Below are positions 11,748 to 21,700 of a stretch of DNA of 40,058 bases, in pieces. Numbering within the stretch: position 1 is the first letter of the stretch; every line of letters starts with the position of its first letter. The DNA comes from Reclinomonas americana ATCC 50394 (taxonomy: Eukaryota), in assembly GCA_048213135.1 (NCBI GenBank), contig PS015426.1, forward strand, positions 1 to 40,058, written 5' to 3'. A program made the position numbers and the translations under genes. Below the pieces are notes generated by a model, which saw nothing but the letters and a program-made list of their open reading frames with translations, was not told the origin of the DNA and did no database searches.

Positions 11748-13487
11748 TCTTCTTCTTCTCTCCTCTTCTTCTTTATCTTCTTCTTCTTCTTCTCTCGTGT
11801 TCTTCTTCTTCCTCTTCTTCTGCTTCTCCTTCTTCTTCTTCTTCTTCTCCTTCTCCTTCTTCTCCTTCTCCTTCTTCTTGTTCTTCTTGTTCTCCTCATC
11901 GTGGTTCTCCTCCTCCTCCTCCTCCTCCTCCTCCTTCAGTTGTCTCCTCCTCGCACCTCTCACGTCTCCCCCTCCCTCAGATCAACAACTGGTGACCGAC
12001 CACGTGGCCAAGAACGCCCAAGCCACCTATCGCATGCCACAAGGCCAGCTCAAGTACCCCTATCAAGTCCCTGCCGGTCCATACGACCAGTTACTTCTCC
12101 CCCTTCTCTCCCTTCACTCCTCTTCTCCTACTCTCCTCTCCTGCTCACCTCATCTCTCTCGCTTGGCAGACTGTGGGACTGGGATAGCGTGTTCCTCGGC
12201 ATCGCCACTCTTCCCTTCGGCAGCAACACCTACTTCCAGGGCTCGATGATGAACTTTCTCAGTCACACCAATGTCACCAATGGCGAGCTGCAGGGGTGTC
12301 TCACGCCGAGCGGAGGCACCGGTGTGCTGCAGCACGCCAAGCCGATCATCATTCAGGGCGCGTACCTCGCGGCCAAGGCCAACAACGGGAACTTTGCGGC
12401 CTTTGCGCAGTTCCGCGCGCAGATGGAGGCCCTGCTGCAGTACTGGGAGGAGCCGGGGCGTCGCTTCGACCCCGCCACCGGCCTCCACATGTGGTATGAT
12501 CAGCTAGAGACGGGCGCCGACGACCTGGTGCTCTCCGAGTGCCCCTCGCACTACTCGCCGTGCTGGAACGAGAAGCGCGATGCGTACACGCTCGCGTCGC
12601 CCGACCTCATGGTGTTCCTCTTTCGTGAGCACGCCGCCTACGCGCTCTTCTTGGCGCACTGGGGTGCGGAGGAGGAGGCAGTGGAGAAGCATGTGCGCAA
12701 GATGGAGCAGCTGCGCGATGCCACCGACAAGTATCTGTGGCAGTGGGAGGACGCGGCGCACACGGTGGGCTGGTATGGCGCGTGGAACGTGAGCGCCATG
12801 TCGCCGATTCGCAATCGCACGTATCAGATGGCGTGGCCGTTGTGGGCGGGAATGCAGGTGAGAGAAAGGAGAAGGGTGGTGAGAGGGAAGAGAGGGAAAG
12901 GGGGGAGGGAAATGGGGAAAAGGAAAGAGGACAGGGAAACGAACATGGCTCTCTCTTCCGCTGTACTCTGCGTCTTGCGCTGCCTTCTCTCCGCCGTCCT
13001 TATTTCTTTTTATCCTCGCTACTGTCGTACTGCCTGCAAGTCGTCTCTTATGTTCGCTTCTCTTGACTTCTTTATTTGTCGTTCTCGTTGTCTCTCCCGT
13101 TCTCATTCTCTTTTGTTACTTGCATTCTTCTTGCTGTCTCTCTGTCGTTCTGAGAGAGGCACTCACTGGGCAGGCAGAAGGCGACATGCATGTCTCGCGC
13201 TTGCGGATATTCGATGCGCGTGTTTACTTCTTTTGTGTGCAGTAGTGGCATTTCAATCGCTTTCTTCTTGTTGATTTTCTCCCTGCTTCTTGCATTCTTT
13301 CTTTCGCTTGCGTCCCACGTTGCTTCTTTCTCACTGTCATTCTTCCTCTCTGTTTTATTTTGTGGCATTCGTTCTCATTCCCTTGCTCGTGCATGCGTTC
13401 TTTCTTTCCTCTCTCGTGCACATGCGTCTTTCTGTGCCTTTGATGTCCGCTCATTCTCTTGCTCCGACATTCTTTCACTCTGCCTCT

Positions 13488-13520
<33 letters not shown>

Positions 13521-14151
13521 GTCTTCCTTCCTCTCTGCTTTCTTTGCTCCTTCGTCCTTCCTTCTTCCTGCCTTCCTGTATTCTTGACTTTCACTCTTAT
13601 CCTCTCTCCCTCCCCTACTCCCTCTACTCTCTCTCTCTCTCTCTCGCCCTCTCCTTTCTCTTCCCCTCTCCTTTCTCTCCCCTCCCTCATCCTTCTCCCC
13701 CTCCCCCTCCCCCTTCTCCCTCCCCCTTTCCCTTTTTTTTTCGCAGACCTCCCCCGCCCAATCCACCGCCGCGCTCACCGCGCTCCTCGCCCCCGACATG
13801 CTCTCGGCGTACGGCATCCGCTCCACCTCCCGCGACGACCCGCGCTACACCAACGAGAACGTGATTGTGCCGTACTCGAACTGGCGCGGCCCGATCTGGA
13901 TCAACGTGCAGACCATCATGGCCAACACGCTGGTGGCGCTCGGACGCCAATCGGAGGCCGTCGAGCTGGCCAACGCCACCGTCAAGGTGCTGGCCGACGA
14001 CTTGCGCCGCACGCAGGCGTGGCACGAGTGTTACGACGCGGAGAACGGCAATGGGTTGGCGGCGCCCGGGTTCCTCTCGTGGAACACGCTGGGAGCGACT
14101 CTGAAGGCCAATGTGCAGAACCACATTGACCCGTTGGCGCTGCTGCCGTAA
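11221..14151 (+). CDS. Secreted (alpha/alpha)6 glycoside hydrolase, GH63/MGH1-like or trehalase-like; exons 11221-11314, 11981-12089, 12170-12857, 13747-14151
   Basis: Signal peptide MLRAHHALALCVALLLCLATCSLA. Motifs YDQLWDWDS, ETGADD, SPDL, YGIRSTS, NWRGPIWIN and WHECYDAENGNG. Confidence 0.85.
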
Positions 14152-14412
14152 AGAATGGGGACAAGGATGGGGTGATGTAATGAATGTGCAAGAAGCATGT
14201 ACACTTGTTTTGTTACTATACTGCATTTTTCCCCCCACCCACCCTCTTTTTTTGTTGCATTGTGTCACTTTTTCCCTCTCCTTTCTCCTCCTTTCTCTTA
14301 TCACACACAACCCACACAGCTGGCGACACAAACGCACCGACTGTGGGCCTACACAGCTGACGACAATGGTATTTTTCTGCTCCCCCCCAAAAAAGTGGAA
14401 AAAATGAGTAAC

Positions 14413-16073
14413 CTATCGCAGGTACTGTTGGGGTGACGCCCACCTGTTGAGACACGAGAGTGGGTGAGTGAGTGAACGGGTGGCAGAGTGAAGAGGGAGC
14501 ACTTGCGCAGGCTGGCACGCACCAGTTGCAATCGGTCTGTGTCCTCGATACAAAATCGCTGCACTCCTCGGACTTGCCGTTCATCGTGTGGCAGCATCGA
14601 TGGCAGCGCTTGAGGCACTTGGCTCGCCAGTCGCGGCAGCGGAGACTGCAGAGATGGAGGGTGAGTGACTGGTGCAGAACTGAAAGAGTGAGAAATGAAT
14701 CAACACGCACCCCATGCGGTCCAGCTTGAACTCCGGAGGGCTCTTGGCACACTGCACAGCGAGACAGCATTCTCTTTAGCGTCGACGAAACACGAGACAG
14801 GCTTTGCGTACAAGCACACACACCATCTCAAATGCCCACTCCTTGTTCCTGTCGCGGCAGTGCGACATGCACGAGTTGCGGGCCTCTTGCTGAGCCTCGT
14901 CGGTCAGCGTCTCTGCGATTCACATGTCAGCGTCTCGTCAACGCGGGTATGTGTGCGCGTGCAGACGTAACTAAACACTTCCGCGATGCGCTCGCTGTCG
15001 CCACCATTCATGCCGTCCTGGTTTGCGGCCGCGGCAGCTTGGAGGGCGTCTCGACGTGCGCGGATGATCTGCGACACCAAGTGAGAAGCCGTGCCAACAC
15101 CTCCCGTGGCTTGAAGAACGTCTCACAACGCACCGCGCTATCGTCAGCCGCCAGCTTGGCCGAGGAGCCGGCCTCCCAAATCTTCATCAGATCGGCCTTA
15201 TTCTCCTTGGTGCGCTTCTTGACCTCCTCGCTGGCCATACGAATGTTGCGCTCCACCTCCTCCGTGCTGAGCGCCGCTGAGTCATCCTGTGCGGCCATCG
15301 TGCGCTGCTGCTGCTGCGCAGACGGCGGCGGTGGCGGCGGAGGCGGCGGCGGCGGCGAAGCATTGTTGCTGACTGGCGGACGCGGAGCACCGGCGTTCAT
15401 CGTGTTCTGCTGCGTTCGCGGTGCCTGCGGCGACTCTTGCGGGGGAGCCCGGCGAGGCGGCTGCGGTGGCGCCTGCTGCTGCGGCTTCACCGGTGGCGGT
15501 GGCGGCGGTGCCTGTGCAGCGCGCTGCAAAAAGAGACCACACACACACAGTAAGGCTCAAGTCGCACAACAAACGAACGACCTCGTCTCTTCTTGCGCAC
15601 CTGCGGAGGAGCCGGCGGCTTGGCCTGCGGTGGCTGCGGCGGGGCCTGCGCGCCCTTGTACGCCTGCTGCGGAATGTTAGGGTTGCGCATGGGCGGTGCC
15701 TGCGGGATGTTGTGTCGCTGCTGCTGCGGCGGAGGCGGTGCCTGCTGCTGCTGCTGTCGCGATGGTGGTGGTGGCTGATATCCTCGGTTGTTGGTGGGTG
15801 GCGCTTGTGCGCGTGGCGGTGGAACAGGCGCTCGCACATTGTTCATGGCTCGCTGCTGCGCATCACCACACACACAGACAACGAATGACATGAGCTTGTG
15901 CGCGTGACACGACTCGCTCTCTTCCAAAGGAGTCGCACCTGGCGAGCCATGGCTTCTGCGGCTGCGGAGGTGCGTGCGGGTGCTCCATACGCTGCTCCAC
16001 ACAGTGCGAGGAGCAACACGAGCAACAGCACAGGCGACAGCTGCAGCGCCCATCGATCGTGGCGCACTCGCAT
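14413..16073 (-). CDS. Secreted Pro/Gln-rich protein with Cys-rich C-terminal domain, unknown function
   Basis: Signal peptide LSPVLLLVLLLALCGAAYG, then long PPP/QQQ exons, then CMSHC...CAKSPP...CRDWRAKCLKRCHRCC...ECSD...DCNWWASPQQYLR*. All junctions are in-phase GT-AG. Confidence 0.7.
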
Positions 16074-16501
16074 TCTAACAGACGCGCTCTCTTGCTTGCT
16101 CTCTGTGTGTGTGTGCGGAGCACAGTCAGAGAGTGTGTCGTGCGACAGAGTGATGATACCACTACGCATGGATGAAACAGCCGTTGCACGCTCTCACTCA
16201 CACGCACGCACACAGGCACACACATTGTTCGCGCGTGTGTGTGTGTGTGTGTCGCTGTCTCACTCACCGATCACAGTGTACGTGTTGCGCTGAGAAGAAG
16301 AACAAACCAAAGTACTCTGTGTCTGCCTTGTGGTGCGTACGTGTGTGTATCTGTGCGGGGCACTAAACAGACAAAAAAACGCGTGCCTATGCACACAAAA
16401 GTGAATTTTGCCCCTTTTCTCGCGCGATACGAGAAAAACGTTTCAACGGTCACATTTTTCTGCTTGTATTGCCTCGTGCGTNNNNNNNNNNNNNNNNNNN
16501 N

Positions 16502-16550
<49 letters not shown>

Positions 16551-16714
16551 GGGGGTGTGGGAGGGCAGAAGGAGGAGGGAGAACTGCAGGATGCATGCAT
16601 TTCGGAACAGGCATTGCTTGTTCGTGTTCTCAAAGTGTGTGTGTGTGAGAGAGAGAGAGGAGGAAAGACAGCAAGGAAGGGAGACAAGAGCATAGAGAGA
16701 TAGCAGGAGAACAA

Positions 16715-16990
16715 GAGTGACTTGTATGAGGGATGTGTCTCTATTCGAGTGAGTGAGAGGAGGGTGAGAGAGAGAGAGACGGGAAGGATGGGAGGAAAAG
16801 AGAGACAAAGAGAAACACAGCACGAGGTACCTGATATGAGGGATGTGTCTCTGTATTCGAGTTAGAGAGAATGAGTGAGAGAGAGAGACACGGAGGGAGC
16901 AAGGGAGAGAAAGAGACATGCAAGAAAGGCAAAGGAAGAATAGGAACAAGAAGTGACTGTGAGGGACGCTGTTTGAGATATAGAGAACGA
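16715..16990. repeat. ~110 bp direct repeat, 2-3 copies
   Basis: tatgagggatgtgtctct..attcgagt near 16725 and 16835, and a degenerate copy near 16958. Confidence 0.7.
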
Positions 16991-17296
16991 CAGGGAGAGA
17001 GGGAGCACTGAATGCATGTACGACTGCTAGGAGCATGCAAGTCGAGAAGGTGCATACAACGAGAGAGGAGAGACTTTGGGAACTCAGACAGAAGAAGAGA
17101 GGAACAAGGGAGTGAGAGCGCGCGCTTGTGCTCCCCAGTTTCCTGTCTCTTTGTCTTGCATGTCGTCGACCTTTCCGAGAGTGAGTTGGAAGGTGGCACA
17201 GAAGACAGAGAGAACTGTTGTTCGTAGCCTGCAGAAAGACGCATCTCATTCACCCCTTNNNNNNNNNNNNNNNNNNNNCCCCTTTGCCTTTTTCAG

Positions 17297-18770
17297 TGGC
17301 CACCGCCGTCACCCAAGTCGAGGAAGAACGACGCCTTCCGCTGGCACCACCGCGCGGCAAAGTCGGCCGCGGACCCGACATTCTCACGCAGTTCAGCTCT
17401 GAGATCACGGGCGGCATTGTGCGGCAGTCGGCCCTCAGCTACCTCGGCCCACACGAGTCGTTCACCACAGAGACACTACAGGCGGGTCTCCTCATTGTGG
17501 CACATCCGCGTCGCGATGTGCGGCGGCGCTTCATTGATCGCGTGTGTCAGGCGGCACTGGAGAAGAGTGCGCTGGTGTATGCGATTGCGCCGAGTGGAAG
17601 CGCGTCGGTGCGCACGCCGGGGGTGTACCAGCTGCGCACGCATCCGACGCTGAGCAGGCGCGCTATTCTCAGTGCGCTGCTGCGGCACGGAGCGCACTTG
17701 TTGGTGTTTGGCACGATTAGCAATCGCGAGGATATCATGCAGCTGACCGAGGCTGTGTACACGGTATGATGGGCAACTGAGCGAGAGAGAGAGAGAGAGA
17801 GAGGAGGGAGGGGAGGAGGAGGAGGAGGGAGGAGGGAGGGAAGGGGAAGAGGAGAAGAGAGAGACGGTGAATTAAGAGGAGAGAGAATGCTGTAGAAGTG
17901 GGCAGCAGTGGCGGCGAAGACGACTAGGAGATGACAGAGAGACAGACAGACAGACAGACGGACAGACAAAAACGACAGAGACAGAGAGACTGCGAGAGAG
18001 GGAGGCCTCTCTCTCTCACTCTCTGTGTCTGTCTGCCTCTCCCTCTCTCCTTCTCCTTCTCCTTCTCCTTCTCCCCCTCCGCACCTCTGTCCCTGTCCCT
18101 CGCTCCCTTTCTCTCTCTCTCTCTCTCTTCCCTCTTTTCTCTGTCTCCTTTTGTCCCTCTACATCTCTCTATCTCTCTCCGTGTATCTGCCTCTCTCCTC
18201 TCTTTCACTCGCTTTCTCTTTCACTCTCCGCTCTTCCTCTTCCTCTCTCCCTTTCTCTCTCCATTTGTCCCTGTCCCTCGCTCCCATTCTCTCTCTCTCC
18301 CTCCCCCTCTCCCTCCCCCTCCCCCTCCCCCTCTCCCTCTCCCCTCTCACCTCTTCCTCTCCCCTCTCCNNNNNNNNNNNNNNNNNNNNTCTCCACTTTG
18401 TCCCTCGTCCCTCCGCTCCCACTTCTCTCTCTCTCCCTCCCCCTCCTCCCTCCCCTCCCCCTCCCCCTCTCCCTCTCCCTCTCACCTCTTCCTCTCCCTC
18501 TCCCTCTCCCTCTCTCCCTCTCCCTCTCCCCTTCCCTTTCCCTTCACCCTCTCCCTCTCCCTCTCTCACCCCCTGTTCGCCTCGCAGGGCTACCACTGCA
18601 TTGCGGAAATGTATGGCGAGAATGCAAACGACGTGCTCTCACGACTGGAGGCCGTTGGTGTGGATGCCAGCACGCTGCCGCAGAATCTGCGCATTGTGGT
18701 GCCGGCCGAGGGCGCGGGCGCCACTGACGAGTCGTCTTCCTCATCCACGACCGCCACCACCACGACTTGA
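17297..18770 (+). CDS. GspE/PilB secretion-ATPase C-terminal-domain homologue with degenerate catalytic motifs (candidate mitochondrial T2SS GspE-like); 5' end not located
   Basis: Exons 17297-17763 and 18588-18770 give LSYLG...AGLLIVAHP...PGVYQL...ILSALLRHGAHLLVFGTISNRED...EAVYTGYHCIAEMYGENANDVLSRLEAVGVDASTLPQNLRIVV. This is colinear with the GspE/PilB consensus (GLILVTGP...PGINQ...LRSILRQDPDVIMVGEIRD..AALTGHLVLSTLH.NDA..AITRL.DMGV). Confidence 0.75.
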
Positions 18771-18799
18771 GCGCGCCTCGCACATTATACAATTTGTGT

Positions 18800-21700
18800 T
18801 CATTGTGGAGGCATTTGCAAACTCAGCGACACGACGGGCACTGGAGGTCGGCCGCTGCCGCCAGGCCGTGTTTGTTGCGCCGGACGATGACGTCCACTCA
18901 TTTGGCCATCGTCATCACCGTCGTCGTCATCATCGTCGTAGTAGCCGTCGCCCTGCCCGAAATATTCGTCGTCGTAGCCGCCCTTGGACGAGGGCGGTGT
19001 CAGGTACGACTCGTCGTGCATGCTGGCCACCACTTGCTGCGCGGCTGCCATGGCCGCCGCAGTCTCATTCGATTGCTGCAATTCCTCCACCGCCGCCATC
19101 AGTCTCTCCATGTCCTCCTGGAGATGATGTAAAAATACAATACACGCGTTGAGACCATCACACCCCCGCTGCCTCTCCATCCTCTCCAAGTCCGCACTGA
19201 CCTCCAGTACGCGCATTTGCTTGCGCACCAGTCGATTGTGGTTGCGGAGGCGGCGATTCTCCGACACCAGGTCGGCCACTTGAGCGCGCACTGCGCACAC
19301 GCCACACCATAGTGAGCGACAGAAGCGAGAGAAGGGAAAAATAAAAAAACACGCAACATTGCACGACTTCTTCGGTCGGCGCCGCTGCTGCTGGTGGGGC
19401 TGGAGTGTGTCCGTTCGCGAGTGCGATCCGCCGCGCAGCAGCTGGCTGCAGCGGCGGAGCGGCTGCCTCCTCGCCTCCCTGCGCATCGTCAAAGGCGGCG
19501 CGGACGGCGGCCTCCACCAGTCCACGATACTCATCGTCGTCACGCCGTTGCTTCTCCAGTCGAGCCAACTCAACACGCATCGCCACCAAGTCGTCTTCCT
19601 CGTCGCTGTGATACGCACCACTGCGGTCCATCATGCCGCCGCCACGCCCATCCTCCTCCTCGTCGTTGCCTTCCAGATCCACCAGACGGACCTCCACGAC
19701 TCGCCGCTGCTGCTGCTGCAGTGGGTTTTGCAGGGCCGGTGGGTCGCTGCGAGGACTGCCGTCCATCGAGTGCCCCTCGCTGCCGAATACGGAGCCGAGA
19801 CCCGAGTCGAACGTGTCCTGTGAGCCCGCGCGCACCAAGTACCCGCGTGACGGGAATGGTGGCGGACGGTGCTCGGTCTGAATGCGCTGCAGCCGCGGAG
19901 ACCGTTCGGGTGCCGACGAGGCCGACAGGGTGGAGGCGGAGGAGAGTCGAGGTCCGTCGGATCCCGGATGCGCCGACGGGTGGAAGGGAATGTAGTCGCG
20001 ACGACGGACACTGCATTGAGGGAGGGGGAGGAATGTGAGTCGGTGGCATTCTCACGCGGCAGGACACGTGCACGCGCAACAGTGGATCCTGCACGCGCTC
20101 TGGTGTGGCCTTGGCGGCACCCGCACTGCCACTTCCACCACCAGCAGCGGCGGCGGCGGCGGCGATCGACAATGATGACGAGGGTGGTGAGGAGCCGGCC
20201 GAGTGCGAGGTCGGTCGGCCAGTGCTGGAATTGATGGCTGGACTCGACTTGCCGCGTTGCCGCCCCGGAGTCCACGGTGATGAGGTGGCCTTGGGGACGA
20301 CTGCCGCTTGCCTACGGAGGAGAGCAGCACGCTGTGAGACTGACTGCTCATGAGGTGCGTGGCGAAGACGAGTGAGAGACGCACGTTTTCTCGCGATAAA
20401 AATGCGCCGCCTTTTCAAACGCCAACAGCCACTTGATGAGCGTGGTCACTGGCAACACGAGCTTCACCGAGGGGTTGTGGAGGTGCGCCTCGAGTCGCAC
20501 AGCCGCCTGCTTCAGGGTGCCCATTTGTGTGGTCGACAGGTCGTGCGGGCGGATGCGCAGCAGGCAGGCGCGCAGGTCCTCACGGAAGACCACAGTGCGG
20601 GCCACTGCGGGGGAGGGGGAAGGATAAGGGGGAAGGAAGAGGGGAGGATTGAGAAACGGGGAAGGGAGGTGGAAGGAAGAGGGGGAAGGAAAAGGGGGAA
20701 GGAAAAGGGGAAGGAAGAGGGGGAAGGAAAAGGGGGAAGGAAAAGGGGAAGGGAGGGAGGGATGGAGGGGGAAGGGGAGGGGGAAGGGAGGGGGAAGGGA
20801 GGGGAAGTGAAATGAAAGAAACAAAACGGGGAGACGGGAGAGGATTGTCGGACGAGGATGGAGGCAGGATGGCGGAGTATCGAGGGAGGAGGATGGGGGA
20901 GAGCAAGAACGGATAGAAAAAAGAAAGAGTGAGGGAAAAGAAGGGAAGGAGAGAATGAAAACAGGGAGAGAGAGAGAGAGTGAGAAGATGAATTGAGGAC
21001 AAAAAAGGGACGGGAGGAAAATGTGTAGAAAGAAGAAAGGAACAAGTAGGGGGGAGCCATACGAGATAAGATACATAGAGAACGGAGAAGTAACGAGGAA
21101 GAAAAAGAAGAGAGGGAGAAGGGAGAGAGAACAGGATAATAACATAGGGACGGGAGGATGAGAGCAAGAAGAGATGAAAAAATGGAGGAAAACGTAGGAA
21201 GTGGCAATGAGGGGGAACACGGAAGGAGGAAGAAGGAAGGACGGAGAGAACTCATGAAAACGCAGAGAGAAGATTGAGAGCACGAGAAGAGACAAACACA
21301 GATCAGCCCACTCACCCGTCCACGATTTCGGCGGCGTCTCGCTCAACAGCGAGCACAGGCAGTCAAGAATCAGCGGCAGATCGGTAGGCGGGTGCGTAAA
21401 ACCGCGCAGCTGCCGGACTTGGTAGTCGGTGAGCTCGCGCAAAATATTGCTGTGTGGGTAACAGGTGAGAATGCCGTGGCAATTGACTCACGCGGCTATC
21501 TTGTGTGCCGCAACTCGGAAACCTCCAGCATGCGATCGAGACCCTGCTTCAGCTTGCCGCTCAGCGGACCGTTTGGTGCTGCATTACGGTTTCATCAGTC
21601 AATGCATTTTCCTCAAACACCGAAGGGGAGGGCGGAAAACCAAACTGTCGACGGGCACCGGCTGCGGAACACAGATGCTGGACGTCGGGGATGAATCTGC

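Noticed and set aside
11081-11995. Long ORFs with poly-L/S/F/E/R/K runs (also 6000-6500, 8000-8400, 17900-18600, 20500-21300, 29800-30300, 31400-31900, 35500-36100, 37700-38300, 39400-40058)
   Set aside because: These are translations of intronic GA/CT microsatellites, which lack stop codons by composition.
18800-20420. A separate gene downstream of the NHL gene
   Set aside because: It joins in phase to the MTBD-like exon via AC|gtgcgt...ctccgtag|G (FYREKTQAAVVPK), so it is treated as one gene.
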